Of a stretch of 64,000 nucleotides of DNA, positions 31,283 through 42,903 are shown one piece after another. Under the pieces are notes generated by a model. The model was not told where the DNA came from. It saw nothing but the letters and a program-made list of their open reading frames with translations, and did no database searches. Both the position numbers and the translations under genes were made by a program. The stretch is from Synechococcus sp. (GTDB lineage: Bacteria > Cyanobacteriota > Cyanobacteriia > PCC-6307 > Cyanobiaceae): NCBI GenBank assembly GCA_047285535.1, contig JBJBDC010000001.1, positions 1,408,136-1,472,135 on the forward strand, read 5' to 3'. Each line of letters begins with the position of its first letter. Position 1 is the first letter of the stretch.

Positions 31283-31918
31283 TCATTGCGCTTGAGGAGT
31301 CGCCCAGGCAGTGCCCTTCCTCGCACGTTGCCCCCATACGGCATCAAGTCGACGATCACGACCGCAACTAAAGCGGTAGTAGCTGTAGAGAAGAGCGTTG
31401 TTTTTAGCGTAGTTTTGATGATATTCCTCTGCTGGCCAGAAGCGAGCAGCATCACGAATCTGAACCTTGATCCTGGATTGGGGAACTCCTAATTCGGTTG
31501 ATGCTGCAACTGCACTGGCCTTGGCGGTCGTAGCCTGTTGCTTCCCATCAGTAAAGATAACGGGCCTGTAGGAGTCACCACGATCACAAAACTGGCCTTT
31601 TCCATCAAAAGGGTCAATGTTGCGCCAGTAATGCTGCAAAAGGCTGGCATAACTGATCTTTTCTGAATCAAAACGCACACGTACCGCCTCCTGATGGCCA
31701 CTGTTTTCACCACTGACCTGCTGGTAAGTGGGCCTCTCCACATGACCACCGCTATAACCGCTTTCGGCAGAGATCACCCCTGGGACTTGCTCCAAATCAT
31801 GCTCTAGGCACCAAAAACAACCACCTGCAAGAACGGCATCCTGGACAGCAGCCAGAACTGATGTGGGGCTGAACAAAAGAATGATGCTGGTCAACACCAG
31901 CGGGATGAACGATCTCAT
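31283..31918 (-). CDS. msrA: Peptide-methionine (S)-S-oxide reductase with signal peptide
   Basis: AGGCFWC, GYSGG, GHQEAV, GQFCDRG, AEEYHQNY. Confidence 0.96.
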   Translation of the reverse strand: MRSFIPLVLTSIILLFSPTSVLAAVQDAVLAGGCFWCLEHDLEQVPGVISAESGYSGGHVERPTYQQVSGENSGHQEAVRVRFDSEKISYASLLQHYWRNIDPFDGKGQFCDRGDSYRPVIFTDGKQQATTAKASAVAASTELGVPQSRIKVQIRDAARFWPAEEYHQNYAKNNALLYSYYRFSCGRDRRLDAVWGQRARKGTAWATPQAQ

Positions 31919-31922
31919 CAAG

Positions 31923-33107
31923 TCAGGCTGGCTTTTTGATTTGATCCAAAATGGCTTCTGCTGCACGATCGGTCACTCCTGGTTCACCAAGGGTGTTGCG
32001 CAAACGCTGATACCCATCTAAGAGCCTCTGACGCTCTTCTCGGTTCTCCAGCAGAGGAATCGCCAACTTCACAAGCTTGTCAGCATTGAAGTCATCCTGT
32101 AGTAGCTCAGGAACTAAACGCTCCTCCAACAGAAGGTTGACTGGCGAGATGTGATCAACTCGAAAACGGAGAAGATGGCGTGCCACCCAAGCCGTGACCT
32201 TGCTGACGCGATAGCCAACGACTTGAGGAACCCCCTGAAGAGCTAGTTCCAAATTCACTGTGCCCGACTTTCCCAGTGCCAGGTTTGCAGCTGCAAACAT
32301 GAAAGGCTTCAGCGCATCAGTCTGGGTAGCAGGGATTATCTTGCCGCGAACCCCAGCCTGGTCCAAAGCCAGACGCAAAGGTTCCTCAAAGCGTGACAAC
32401 CCCGCAGGAACCATGACGTTTAAAGATGGATCGCGAGCCTGAAGGATGGCGGCGGCCTGCACCAACTCAGGCATGAGATATCGCATCTCCTGAGGACGTG
32501 ATGCAGGCATCAAAAGAAGAAGGGAGCCTTCCGAAGGCAGCTCCAACTCACGGCGCGCTGCTTGCTGGTCAAGAGAAAGAGGAACGGTATCGAGGAGGGG
32601 ATGACCGACCCAGGTGACCTCAGCACCACGTAGGGCATAAAACTGCGCTTCCTCTGGGAAAATTGCCAGAATTCGATCCGTGAACCTCAACAGACTTTTG
32701 GTCCCTCCATCCCCAATTCGCCAGGCCCATTCTTGGGGTGCGATGTAGTAGGTGATTGGGACATCGGGCAGACGATGCCTGAGGTTATGGCCTAAGCGCA
32801 CATTGGCGCCCATGTAATCAATTAAAACCACTCCATCGGGCGGACGATCTTTCAACACACGATCAACCCTGGATTGCAATCGAATCGTGGGAACAATCAA
32901 AGGGAGGGCTTCCCAAAGGCCAATCGCTCCCATCGGAGAGGTATCAGCAAGCAACTCAGCTCCGGCAGCCTGCATGCGCTCACCACCAAGGGCAAGAACT
33001 TCTAAATCAAGTCCACGGCGTTGAGCGACTCGCCAAAGCGCCTTAATGAGCAGACTTCCCTGCAAATCTCCTGACACCTCACCTGTACTGATCAGCAATC
33101 TCACCAT
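31923..33107 (-). CDS. lpxB: Lipid-A-disaccharide synthase
   Basis: [35 protein letters not shown]. Confidence 0.96.
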   Translation of the reverse strand: MVRLLISTGEVSGDLQGSLLIKALWRVAQRRGLDLEVLALGGERMQAAGAELLADTSPMGAIGLWEALPLIVPTIRLQSRVDRVLKDRPPDGVVLIDYMGANVRLGHNLRHRLPDVPITYYIAPQEWAWRIGDGGTKSLLRFTDRILAIFPEEAQFYALRGAEVTWVGHPLLDTVPLSLDQQAARRELELPSEGSLLLLMPASRPQEMRYLMPELVQAAAILQARDPSLNVMVPAGLSRFEEPLRLALDQAGVRGKIIPATQTDALKPFMFAAANLALGKSGTVNLELALQGVPQVVGYRVSKVTAWVARHLLRFRVDHISPVNLLLEERLVPELLQDDFNADKLVKLAIPLLENREERQRLLDGYQRLRNTLGEPGVTDRAAEAILDQIKKPA

Positions 33108-33958
33108 CAGCGACTCGATGGAGGAGGCATCGGTCCCCTTCGACCTGATGACAAAGAACCTTCAAGAAAGGTGCAAAGATGATCAGCTGCGGGCTTGAGA
33201 GCCTGTTTTCTAGCCAAATTCAAGCCATCAGCAATCACTAGATCGGAGCGATAAAGCAACGACCAAACCTCCTGAAGCTGTTTAAATTCATGCCCCCCGT
33301 CATGGCGATGCAAGCCCTGGCGGCGCAGACCAACACGGTTCAGACCCCGAACCCTGCCTGGATGCCCTTCGACGAGACAATAGGGAGGGACATCGCGATC
33401 CACACGGGTCATCCCGCCAACCATGGCCATTCCTCCGATGTGAACGAATTGATGAATCCCTAGACATCCGCCGATCACAGCACGGTCTTCAATCAGCACA
33501 TGGCCTGCAACTTGGATGCCATTCGACATCACAATGTTGTCTCCAAGCAAACAATTGTGCCCTAGGTGGCAATAAGCCATGAGCAGATTGTTATCGCCAA
33601 TCCGGGTCTGCTCGCCCTCGTCCGTTGCACGATTAATCGTGACGCATTCACGAATGGTGTTGTGATTACCAATCACAACCTCCGTAGGAGCACCTTTGTA
33701 TTTCAAATCTTGAGGTTCTTGCCCCAAGCAAGCACCTGGATAAATGCGGTTATGGGCACCGATACGAAGATGACCATCGAGCACAACGTTGGGACCCACC
33801 CAAGTGTTCGGCCCAATCCTCACCTCAGGACCAATAACAGCCCCAGGACCGATGACGACGCCAGAAGCCAGGTCGGCCTTGGAGTCAACAACCGCCATAG
33901 GATGAACCTGAGCGGGGCGATCATCCGTGATCACTGATGTGGAGTGTTCCTCACCCAT
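33107..33958 (-). CDS. lpxA: UDP-N-acetylglucosamine acyltransferase
   Basis: Hexapeptide repeats, [21 protein letters not shown]. Confidence 0.96.
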   Translation of the reverse strand: MGEEHSTSVITDDRPAQVHPMAVVDSKADLASGVVIGPGAVIGPEVRIGPNTWVGPNVVLDGHLRIGAHNRIYPGACLGQEPQDLKYKGAPTEVVIGNHNTIRECVTINRATDEGEQTRIGDNNLLMAYCHLGHNCLLGDNIVMSNGIQVAGHVLIEDRAVIGGCLGIHQFVHIGGMAMVGGMTRVDRDVPPYCLVEGHPGRVRGLNRVGLRRQGLHRHDGGHEFKQLQEVWSLLYRSDLVIADGLNLARKQALKPAADHLCTFLEGSLSSGRRGPMPPPSSR

Positions 33959-33963
33959 CACTC

Positions 33964-34428
33964 TCAATCCACCAGAGAGAACATCAGATCACCGGAGCAG
34001 ACAAGCTGTCCCTCAACGGTGGCCTCAGCCTTGACTTTCCCAAAACGCTTGCGCTTGAGGCTTAGCAACACGCAGTTGATTCGCAATTGATCTCCAGGCA
34101 CCACCGGGCGACGAAAACGAACACCATCGATTCCAGCAAACACAAACAAGCCCTGGGGGAGGTCGGGCATCTGCGTGACAATTAAGCCACCAACCTGGGC
34201 CATCGCTTCCACAATCAAGACTCCAGGCATCAGAGGACGTCCTGGGAAATGGCCTTGAAATTGTGGCTCATTCAGAGTGACGTTTTTGATGGCGACAGCA
34301 CGCTCACCCGGAACATGTTCAATCACCCTATCTACTAAGGCAAAGGGGTAACGATGCGGTAGCAACCCCATGATTTGCTCGGCATTGAGCACCGCAGCGG
34401 ACGTGTCGGCAGAAGCAAGAACGGTCAA
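33964..34428 (-). CDS. fabZ: 3-hydroxyacyl-ACP dehydratase
   Basis: [29 protein letters not shown]. Confidence 0.97.
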   Translation of the reverse strand: MTVLASADTSAAVLNAEQIMGLLPHRYPFALVDRVIEHVPGERAVAIKNVTLNEPQFQGHFPGRPLMPGVLIVEAMAQVGGLIVTQMPDLPQGLFVFAGIDGVRFRRPVVPGDQLRINCVLLSLKRKRFGKVKAEATVEGQLVCSGDLMFSLVD

Positions 34429-35288
34429 GTGGCTAAGCCCTGGGAGACGTATTGATCGGCAAGTGCCGCGGCCAGGTCAGTATGAAGACCATGGGATCCG
34501 CGATAGGCCAGCACCTGAGCTTGAGGGAAACCCACAAGGGCTAGATCACCGATCAGATCCAAGATCTTATGGCGCACTGGCTCATCTGGAAAACGCAGTG
34601 GTGGATTCATCCAAGTATCACCGTCACAAACGAGCGCATTCTCTAAAGCACCGCCGCGAATCAAACCAGAAGCTCTGAGATATTCAACTTGCTCGCGGAA
34701 ACCAAAAGTTCGAGCAGGGGCAATGTCATCAACAAACCTCTGAGGAGTGAGTTCCACACAAAGTTGCTGACAGCCAATCGCTTGTTGCGGAAAATCAATC
34801 ACGCCTATCAGAGTGAAGCGCTCGGCAGGCGTGGCAATGATGGAACTACTGCCGCGATACAAAACCAAAGGGGTTGTTAAAACCAAAGGGGCCTGACGTG
34901 GAGTCACAGCCGCAGACAAACCCGCCTCAGCAATGGCCTCTACCCAACCCAAGGCTGAGCCATCAAGCAGTGGGACTTCAGGACCAGACACCTGGAGTTC
35001 AGCATGAGAGACCCCGCATCCCGCCAGTGCTGCAAGCAAATGCTCCACAGTGACAAGTTGCTTATCACCAAAATCCAACGTGGTGCAAAGCGGGCTGTCG
35101 CGAACCTGTGAAGGCTTTAATCGAACAGGTTCTGAGCCTTCATCAAGCCAGCGCACATAAATACCCTCCTGACTTGAGGGGGCAAGGGTTACTTCACTGT
35201 GCTGCCCACTGTGGAGCCCAATCCCCGATCGAGAGACGCGAGAGGCCAGCGTCCAGGCTCCGTTGTAATCCGAAGGCCAGCACACCAT
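34425..35288 (-). CDS. lpxC: UDP-3-O-acyl-N-acetylglucosamine deacetylase
   Basis: [44 protein letters not shown] overlaps bamA stop (TGATG). Confidence 0.96.
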   Translation of the reverse strand: MVCWPSDYNGAWTLASRVSRSGIGLHSGQHSEVTLAPSSQEGIYVRWLDEGSEPVRLKPSQVRDSPLCTTLDFGDKQLVTVEHLLAALAGCGVSHAELQVSGPEVPLLDGSALGWVEAIAEAGLSAAVTPRQAPLVLTTPLVLYRGSSSIIATPAERFTLIGVIDFPQQAIGCQQLCVELTPQRFVDDIAPARTFGFREQVEYLRASGLIRGGALENALVCDGDTWMNPPLRFPDEPVRHKILDLIGDLALVGFPQAQVLAYRGSHGLHTDLAAALADQYVSQGLAT

Positions 35289-37546
35289 CAAAACTTCCAG
35301 CCAACACCAAGGTTGAAGCGCCATTCGCCGGTGAAGTCTTGACTAGCCACCTCAAGCCGGAGAGGTCCAACTGGCGTCGTAACAATCACACCGGTACCCA
35401 CAGAGAACCCGGATCCAGGCTTTTTGAGCAACGTGCCTGGCTTTCCAGGCACGTTGCTCTGAGAGCCGAAGTCTGTGCCAGCATCCACGAATAGCTCTCC
35501 TTGGAAAATACTGATGATCGGGAAGCGATATTCCAAAGTTGCCTCGCCATAACTGCGTCCAACAGCTAAATCACAGTCGTACCAACCACGCACGGAATTC
35601 GAACCACCCAGACAAAACGCCTCATAAGGGGGGAGATCGCCAACAATGGAACCAGCTTTCAACTGAATACCAATAGCTTGCGGGCAATTTTCTTTTTCAC
35701 CTGGCTTAGGCCTGCAACCCTTGGCAATTTTCAACCAATTCACAGGGAAAAACTGGGTGTAACTTGCTTTAACACGGTTAAATGTTGGAGAGTTTTCACC
35801 AACAGAAATAAACTGTTCAGTACCAAAGCTAAAGAAGTTACCCGAAGTTGGGTTGCGAGGGTCATTCAAAGTGTTATATGTAGCCGCCAGGCGTAATCCA
35901 GCAAGATTGTTCTCATTAGCGCAATCATAAGAGATACAAATTATATTTTCGTTCAAGACGCTATCGTCAGCGCTTCTACTTGGCGTGCCATAAATACGCG
36001 TCTTACCCTCAAAATTAATCGGTCTTACATTCTGCACGTTCAACCCTGCCAAAATCTGCCAGGGAACATTTTTGTAAGGGTCCCCACCATTAAGAGGCCG
36101 AGCAAAGATGATATTCCCTCCAACTCTTTGCAAAGCTACAGAATCACCTTGATAATCAAACCAACTTACATCTGGGAACAACTCTGAAGCTTCAGCAACA
36201 TTATCAAACTTCCTTCCAGCTGGATTTCCCGTCCTGCTAATTTCATAAGCAAGAGTAGAGTTATTGTCTTGATAATCAGTAACTGTAACAATGTCACCAT
36301 TGTTTTGACTCTGAAAAACCTGGGGGACTTCTCGGCTCAGGAAAATAGAAGTCCGGAATGAGGTGCGATGAGAATCCCCCTTAATCCATGGATCAGTAAA
36401 TGTGAAATTTGCAAGTCCGCCAAATTGTCCATAAGTCAGATTGAGAGCCAGGTTCCAAGCTCTACCAAACAGATTGCTATCTTGAAGCTGAACTTGCCCA
36501 AAGACGCCCTGACTTTGGCTGTACCCCAAGCCACCGGAAAGTGAACCTGTGGATTGTTCAACAATACCCAAAATAATATTGACGTTTCCAGGATCTCCTT
36601 CAACAGGCTTCAAAGTAACTTTCACGTCACTAAACAAAGACGTCCCATAAAGACGCTTGATGTCTGCCTCAAGCTGATTTCGGTTGAACGGTTCGCCAGG
36701 CTTGATCGATATTTCTCGAGTCACAACCCACGGTTTAGTTTTCCCACGAATTGGCTCACCTTTCTCATTGGTACTCTCACCTTCTTTGTTTAGAAACTGC
36801 ACCTCAACACCAGCCACCGTACCGATGACCAACTTGAGTTCGACGACACCATCAGGACTGACTCGAGTTGGTCCAGTGACCCTTGCAAGTGAGTAGCCCT
36901 CACCTGAAAACCACTTTTGTAATTCCTTGATGCGAAGCTGAAGTTCAGCAAGATTCAGCGTGCGACCGTAATCAGAACTGAAAGTATCCTCAATGACCTC
37001 TGGAGGAATTTCATTATCTTCCGGAAGCAGTTCAACCTTGGTGAGGACTGGATTTGGAACAACCTGAACAACAAGCTGAACTCCTAAGGGGCCATTGATC
37101 GGTTCAATACGTACATCAGAGAACCAGCCAGTGGCATAGATCGCATCCAAATCGACTTTGAGCTCTTCTCTTGTCACACGACTGCCAGGTCGAACGGTCA
37201 TAGCGTCATAGGCCGCTAGTTCAACACGCTCTTGCTCGGGATGGCCATCAATCCCATCAATGAGAACCTCTGTAATCAGCACTCGAGGCTGTTCAGGAGT
37301 TTCATCAATTGCAGCACTAGGGTCTGCGTCAATCTGCTCGAATTCATCGACTTCAACGCTTTGAGCAGGAGTATTCCCCTCAATCAAAGCCTCCTCCAGC
37401 TGAATCTGTTCATCTGGGGCTTGATTGGAATCCGCCTCAGATTGAGCATGAGCAGGGAGTGAGGTCAGAAGCGGAAGAGCTAGAGCGAGCCCCAAAGCTC
37501 CTCTCCGAACGACGTTCCGAGGTCGGACTGAGGAGGGAGTGACCAT
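35288..37546 (-). CDS. bamA: Outer-membrane protein assembly factor BamA/Omp85
   Basis: Signal peptide, POTRA domains, LGGSNSVRGW, C-terminal FNLGVGWKF. Confidence 0.95.
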   Translation of the reverse strand: MVTPSSVRPRNVVRRGALGLALALPLLTSLPAHAQSEADSNQAPDEQIQLEEALIEGNTPAQSVEVDEFEQIDADPSAAIDETPEQPRVLITEVLIDGIDGHPEQERVELAAYDAMTVRPGSRVTREELKVDLDAIYATGWFSDVRIEPINGPLGVQLVVQVVPNPVLTKVELLPEDNEIPPEVIEDTFSSDYGRTLNLAELQLRIKELQKWFSGEGYSLARVTGPTRVSPDGVVELKLVIGTVAGVEVQFLNKEGESTNEKGEPIRGKTKPWVVTREISIKPGEPFNRNQLEADIKRLYGTSLFSDVKVTLKPVEGDPGNVNIILGIVEQSTGSLSGGLGYSQSQGVFGQVQLQDSNLFGRAWNLALNLTYGQFGGLANFTFTDPWIKGDSHRTSFRTSIFLSREVPQVFQSQNNGDIVTVTDYQDNNSTLAYEISRTGNPAGRKFDNVAEASELFPDVSWFDYQGDSVALQRVGGNIIFARPLNGGDPYKNVPWQILAGLNVQNVRPINFEGKTRIYGTPSRSADDSVLNENIICISYDCANENNLAGLRLAATYNTLNDPRNPTSGNFFSFGTEQFISVGENSPTFNRVKASYTQFFPVNWLKIAKGCRPKPGEKENCPQAIGIQLKAGSIVGDLPPYEAFCLGGSNSVRGWYDCDLAVGRSYGEATLEYRFPIISIFQGELFVDAGTDFGSQSNVPGKPGTLLKKPGSGFSVGTGVIVTTPVGPLRLEVASQDFTGEWRFNLGVGWKF

Positions 37547-37593
37547 GAGGTGATCAGGATGTCGGCCTAAATGGCCAGAAATGTCCGGTGACC

Positions 37594-38346
37594 TTACCTG
37601 TATTTGCGTGGTTTAGGCATGGCCCCTTGGACCCGTTTGTAGACCTCCCCGTAGGCGTCGATCACTCCTCCAAGATCCTGACGGAAACGATCCTTGTCCA
37701 AAATTCGCTGTTTTTTATCCTGGATGCACAAATCCCAAAGCCGGCAGGTATCAGGACTTATTTCGTCAGCAACAAGTAATTCACCTGCTGTATTCCATCC
37801 AAGCTCGAGCTTGAAATCCACCAATTGAAGATTGAGATCAAAGAAGAAGGGGATCAAAACAGCATTCACCCGTCTTGCTAAAGTCTCGATTTCCTGACGA
37901 CATTTCTGACTGACTAAGTCAAGCAAAAACAGACGAGAGTCCGTCAGAAGAGGATCGCCAAGATCATCATCTTTGTAATAGAGATCTAGCAAGGCTGGAT
38001 CCAACAATGTGCCTGGGGGAATAGGGGTTTGGCGGCATAGAGATCCCGTTGCCACATTACGCAGCACAACTTCAATTGGAATCACCTTCACGGGTTGGAC
38101 CACCATCCAATCATCCAACTCGAGTCCGCAGTAGTGAGTTCGAATTCCTTCACGTTCCAACAACTCAAATAGACAGGCTGAAATCAGACAATTAAGTCGC
38201 CCTTTACCATCAAGTTGTTGGTGCTTTTGGGCATTGAAAGCAGTGGCATCGTTTTTGAATTCAACCAAGACTTCCCCCGCTCGGCCCGATGCATAAATAC
38301 GTTTAGCCTTCCCTTCATAGAGGAGCGGTCCATGGGTCATGGTCAT
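37594..38346 (-). CDS. purC: SAICAR synthetase
   Basis: [35 protein letters not shown]. Confidence 0.97.
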   Translation of the reverse strand: MTMTHGPLLYEGKAKRIYASGRAGEVLVEFKNDATAFNAQKHQQLDGKGRLNCLISACLFELLEREGIRTHYCGLELDDWMVVQPVKVIPIEVVLRNVATGSLCRQTPIPPGTLLDPALLDLYYKDDDLGDPLLTDSRLFLLDLVSQKCRQEIETLARRVNAVLIPFFFDLNLQLVDFKLELGWNTAGELLVADEISPDTCRLWDLCIQDKKQRILDKDRFRQDLGGVIDAYGEVYKRVQGAMPKPRKYR

Positions 38347-39329
38347 GGTGTGGCCAACGGGTTGGGAGCCGGAGCTTCAGATGAATTTGATTCTCCCAGG
38401 GAGGCATGGCCACCTGCCGCTCGAGGCGAGCGGATCTGATCCTCCAGCTGCTGTAAACCTTCAGGATCCAGAGCAGGAGATGACTTCTCGAGCTCTAGGA
38501 GAGTAAATCGGTCATCAACCCTGGTCGCCAAACGACGCAATCGCTCTCGAGGTCGATCAGTATCTCCACCATGCTGAAGCGCCAACCGCAATTGCAAGCG
38601 GAGTAACTCTTCCGCAAGCCCCCAGGCTTGCTCAACCGCGGCCTGATCCAAGGCCGATTCCAACAAAACAGTACTGCGGTGTGAATCCAGAGACGCCAGG
38701 AGCTCGGCGACAAGGCCAAGCCTGCGAGCAGCCACAACTCCTGGGGTGCGTCCTGCCAAGAGCACAGTGACGGCATCTTCAGGACGCCCTGCTGCCAACT
38801 CATGCTGCGCGAGTACATCAAGCGCTGATCGTGTGAGCGGCAATCCATCATCCGATTGGCCAACAACCAACATTTCGCCATCGAGGCGGGTCAAATCCCC
38901 ATCGGCAAGACGTCTAAGCGCAAGCACAGCACGATCCTGATCCAGGGCGGCACTGGCTGCTTGCCACGAAAGGAGCAACCACTGCCTGCGTTGTGAACCA
39001 GGCGCAGGCCCAAATCGACTCAACACGGTCTGAGTGCTGTCTGGCGCCTTGCAGACCATCAGAGCCCTGGCATTGGCCATCACAACTGCAAAGGGCTGTG
39101 GCGATGGCGCCACCAGCATCAAACGATCACGAAGCAAACGAAGGCGCTCTTGCAAATTGAAGAGATCGGCATCGGCACACGCCATCGACAACTGTTCAAT
39201 TCCACCTTGTTCCAAGACCAATTCAAAGGCCTCCGGCGTCATCGGCATCAGAGGGGATTGCACAGGAGCCGAATCCAACGGGGGTGCTGCCGCCAGCAGG
39301 ATAAAAAGTGGCAGGGAAAAGAGCCCCAT
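38343..39329 (-). CDS. Conserved secreted helical hypothetical protein
   Basis: Long Ala/Leu-rich ORF overlapping the purC start; [11 protein letters not shown]-terminus. Confidence 0.8.
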   Translation of the reverse strand: MGLFSLPLFILLAAAPPLDSAPVQSPLMPMTPEAFELVLEQGGIEQLSMACADADLFNLQERLRLLRDRLMLVAPSPQPFAVVMANARALMVCKAPDSTQTVLSRFGPAPGSQRRQWLLLSWQAASAALDQDRAVLALRRLADGDLTRLDGEMLVVGQSDDGLPLTRSALDVLAQHELAAGRPEDAVTVLLAGRTPGVVAARRLGLVAELLASLDSHRSTVLLESALDQAAVEQAWGLAEELLRLQLRLALQHGGDTDRPRERLRRLATRVDDRFTLLELEKSSPALDPEGLQQLEDQIRSPRAAGGHASLGESNSSEAPAPNPLATP

Positions 39330-39430
39330 GGACTGACAGTCGTTCAACAAAGATGGACATCAAGGGCAACGCGTTAAACATTGCCCTTGATGTCCAAACC
39401 TAAGGGTCACAACCCGTTCAGCACCCTCCT

Positions 39431-40768
39431 ATGTCCATCTCCAATACCCGTCCCTTCTCATTACCACCGTTGCGCAATCTGCTCGTGGTCGGTGGTGGCG
39501 GACGAGAGCAGGCTTTGGCTTGGGCGCTTAAGCGCTGCCAAGACGTGGAGGAGATCTGGATCACGCCCGGGAACGCCGGCACCTCCACCCTGAAAGGATG
39601 CAAGTCACTTGAGATTGCCGAGGATGATCACAACAGAATCATTGCGGAGTGCAAATCTCACAGCATTGATCTTGTTGTAATCGGGCCAGAAGCCCCCTTG
39701 GCTGCTGGGCTCGCTGACAAGCTTCGCGGAGAGAGCATCGCTGTGTTTGGCCCTAGCGCGGAGGGCGCACAGCTGGAAGCGAGTAAAGCTTGGGCGAAGC
39801 AATTAATGCAGGAAGCAGGGATTCCCACCGCAGGGCACTGGACTGTGGCAAGCGAACAGGAGGCGCTTTCCCTGCTCCAGCAACTCAAACGTCCATTAGT
39901 CGTGAAGGCGGATGGTCTTGCAGCAGGGAAAGGTGTAACGGTGGCAACCTCCGTGGAAGAAACAGCCGCCGCAATCCACGCCGCTTTCCAGGGTCGCTTC
40001 GGAATGGCAGGCGAACAGCTTGTGCTGGAAGAACTGTTAAGCGGGCCAGAAGTATCAGTCTTTGCCCTTTGCGATGGTGAGCACATGGTTCTGCTTCCAC
40101 CTGCGCAGGATCACAAACGACTGAAGGATGGTGACCAAGGTCCTAATACAGGAGGCATGGGAGCTTATGCACCGGCCCCACTTCTTGATCAAAAGGGTCT
40201 CGAGCAGGTCCGCCTACAGATTTTAGAGCCAACCCTTAAAGCTCTCCGACATCGAGGAATCCACTATCGAGGAGTGATTTATGCAGGGCTCATGCTGACC
40301 TCCGATGGTCCACAGGTCATCGAATTCAATTGCCGCTTTGGAGATCCTGAATGTCAAGCCCTCATGCCGCTCATGGGACCTGAACTGGCTCGGGTTCTAC
40401 AGGCCTGTGCCCTGGGACGTCTCACTGAAGCTCCGCCCCTCACTGAGGTGGAGCTCTGCAGTGCCTGTGTCGTTGCGGCAGCCGCTGGTTATCCAGACAG
40501 CCCCCGAAAAGGCGATCCGATTGCGATTGCTTTGAGCGCAGACCAAACCCGAAAGCAACAACTTCAGTTGTTCCATGCGGGCACGTGCCACAGCATGAAT
40601 GGAGTGCTTGAGACCGCAGGCGGACGTGTGCTTTCGATCGTGGCCCAAGCCACTGATTTCGATCAGGCTTTCGCGAAAGCCTACGAAGGCCTTAAGCAGG
40701 TCGAATTCAAAGGTATGCAATTTAGAAAAGATATCGGCCATCAAGTCCGCGGACCTAAGCTTTTATAA
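39431..40768 (+). CDS. purD: Phosphoribosylamine--glycine ligase
   Basis: GGGGREQAL, VVKADGLAAGKGV, QDHKR..DGDQGPNTGGMG, EFNCRFGDPE. Confidence 0.97.
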   Translation: MSISNTRPFSLPPLRNLLVVGGGGREQALAWALKRCQDVEEIWITPGNAGTSTLKGCKSLEIAEDDHNRIIAECKSHSIDLVVIGPEAPLAAGLADKLRGESIAVFGPSAEGAQLEASKAWAKQLMQEAGIPTAGHWTVASEQEALSLLQQLKRPLVVKADGLAAGKGVTVATSVEETAAAIHAAFQGRFGMAGEQLVLEELLSGPEVSVFALCDGEHMVLLPPAQDHKRLKDGDQGPNTGGMGAYAPAPLLDQKGLEQVRLQILEPTLKALRHRGIHYRGVIYAGLMLTSDGPQVIEFNCRFGDPECQALMPLMGPELARVLQACALGRLTEAPPLTEVELCSACVVAAAAGYPDSPRKGDPIAIALSADQTRKQQLQLFHAGTCHSMNGVLETAGGRVLSIVAQATDFDQAFAKAYEGLKQVEFKGMQFRKDIGHQVRGPKLL

Positions 40769-40795
40769 CCATCTACGCGCCATCATTGATGCACC

Positions 40796-42886
40796 ATGAG
40801 TAGTGGTTCGGAACCCGCTTCTGCGAACTACACTCCGTCCTCATGGGCCGGACAAGTCTCTTCGGAAGCAACCCATGAGGAGACGGGTCTTTGGCATGGG
40901 ATCAGGCTCTGGTGGGCCGAGTTCAGCCTTCAAACCAAACTGCTGGCCATCGCCACGCTCGTGGTGAGCCTGATGATGACCAGCATCACATTTTTCGCAC
41001 TCAATGGCATCCAACGTGATGCAGTAATGAATGACACCCGCTATGCGCGCGATCTGGGATTGCTGCTAGCAGGCAATGTCACTGAACTGGTGGCAGACGG
41101 ACATGATCGAGAACTGGCCAATGTGGCCGAACAGTTTTGGCGGTCAAGTCGAAGCCTTCGTTACATCTTTTTTGCTGATCCACAAGGCGTTGTTTACCTC
41201 GGGATTCCCATCAGTGGAAACGATAATGAAACAAGAGGGGATCTTCGTCTCAACAGACGCCTTGAACTACCAAGCGAACTGCGATCTCGACCTAAAAATC
41301 CCTTAATCCGGCAACATCTCACTCCTGATGGCCAGGTCACTGATGTTTTCGTGCCGTTAATCCAAGAGGGTCGTTATCTCGGTGTTCTTGCTCTTGGAGT
41401 CAATCCCAATGATTCGGCATTAGCAAGCGCCTCTCTCACCCGAGAGGTCACTGTTGCGGTTTTTATCTCAATCTGGGTGCTCGTGATCCTTGGTGCTGTC
41501 TTCAATGCCTTAACGATTACAAGACCAGTCAAGGAGCTTCTGCGTGGTGTTCGGTCTATTGCTGATGGAGATTTTCAAGCGAGGATTGGTCTTCCAATTG
41601 GTGGAGAACTCGGTGAGCTATTGGATGGATTTAATGCAATGGCCTCACAGCTTCAAGTTTACGACGCAGCAAACATCGAGGAATTGCAAGCCGCCCAGGT
41701 CAAGCAAGCATCTTTAATCGCGACGATGGCGGATGGAGCAGTCTTACTAGATGAAAAAGGTCAGATTGTGTTAGCCAATCCAACCGCTCGACGGTTGTTT
41801 CGCTGGGAGGGTCGCAATCTAGAAGGACAAGACTTTCTCAATGAAATCCCTGATCTTTTAGCAATCGAGCTTCATGACCCGCTCGACGGTGTTTTGAATC
41901 AAGGTCGTGACAGCAATGAATTACGCAGCAGCATCGGTGAGCCACCCCGCACCTTGCGATTCGTACTCCAAGCCGTCCGCGAACCCAGTGGAGAGTCTTT
42001 GAAGGGCATAGCGGTGACAATGCAAGACCTCACCCGCGAAGTGGAGCTCAACGCGGCTCAAAGCAGATTCATTAGCAACGTGTCCCATGAACTACGCACA
42101 CCGCTGTTCAACATCAAAAGCTATGTAGAAACCCTCTACGAAATGGGGGATCAACTCAGCGTTGCAGATCAACAAGAATTTCTAGGTGTTGCCAATTCAG
42201 AAACAGATCGGCTCACGCGACTCGTCAACGATGTACTCGACTTATCAAGACTGGAATCTCATCACAGCGTTAAGTTTTCCGCACTTGATCTAAGACCTGG
42301 TCTTGAACAAACCCTTCGTAGCTACCAATTAAATGCTTCAGATAAACAAGTCCATCTAGAATTAAATGCTTCCATCGATCTGCCAGACATTCTTGGAAAC
42401 TGGGATTTACTTCTCCAGGTCTTTGATAATCTCGTTGGCAACGCCCTCAAGTTCAGTCGAAGCGGCAGTCGCATTGTCTTACGCGCCTACACATGGCCGG
42501 ACAGCTGTTTCATGCGCCCACTACCGGAAGACTCAGTCCAAGCACCTCAGTGTGAGCTTGTTTCACCATTACCAAAACTACGGGTTGAAATCAGTGACAC
42601 GGGTTATGGGATCAGCGAGGACAAACAACAACGAATTTTTGAGCGCTTCTACCGGGTAGAGAATGCTGTACATACAGAAGCTGGAACTGGCCTAGGGTTG
42701 TCCATCGTGCGAGGTATTTTAGAGAAACACAGCAGCGTCATCAGAATGGCAAGCGAACCAGATGTGGGAACCACATTTTGGTTCGATCTTCCACTCGCTC
42801 AATCTGATCATGACGAAATCAGACTTCAAGCGGAAAGACAAAGTCGATTTGATCGAGATGAAGTGGTGGAAGGTCCCACGACTTAA
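40796..42886 (+). CDS. nblS: Sensor histidine kinase NblS/Hik33
   Basis: Two TM + HAMP + PAS; VSHELRTPLFNIKSY; NLVGNALKF; GTGLGL; RYARDLGLLLA. Confidence 0.93.
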   Translation: MSSGSEPASANYTPSSWAGQVSSEATHEETGLWHGIRLWWAEFSLQTKLLAIATLVVSLMMTSITFFALNGIQRDAVMNDTRYARDLGLLLAGNVTELVADGHDRELANVAEQFWRSSRSLRYIFFADPQGVVYLGIPISGNDNETRGDLRLNRRLELPSELRSRPKNPLIRQHLTPDGQVTDVFVPLIQEGRYLGVLALGVNPNDSALASASLTREVTVAVFISIWVLVILGAVFNALTITRPVKELLRGVRSIADGDFQARIGLPIGGELGELLDGFNAMASQLQVYDAANIEELQAAQVKQASLIATMADGAVLLDEKGQIVLANPTARRLFRWEGRNLEGQDFLNEIPDLLAIELHDPLDGVLNQGRDSNELRSSIGEPPRTLRFVLQAVREPSGESLKGIAVTMQDLTREVELNAAQSRFISNVSHELRTPLFNIKSYVETLYEMGDQLSVADQQEFLGVANSETDRLTRLVNDVLDLSRLESHHSVKFSALDLRPGLEQTLRSYQLNASDKQVHLELNASIDLPDILGNWDLLLQVFDNLVGNALKFSRSGSRIVLRAYTWPDSCFMRPLPEDSVQAPQCELVSPLPKLRVEISDTGYGISEDKQQRIFERFYRVENAVHTEAGTGLGLSIVRGILEKHSSVIRMASEPDVGTTFWFDLPLAQSDHDEIRLQAERQSRFDRDEVVEGPTT

Positions 42887-42903
42887 ATAAACTCCCGTAT
42901 CAC

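Noticed and set aside
34861..34891. 13-bp direct repeat AAAACCAAAGGGG in lpxC
   Set aside because: Encodes PLVL..PLVL in frame; no sign of a mobile or phase-variable element
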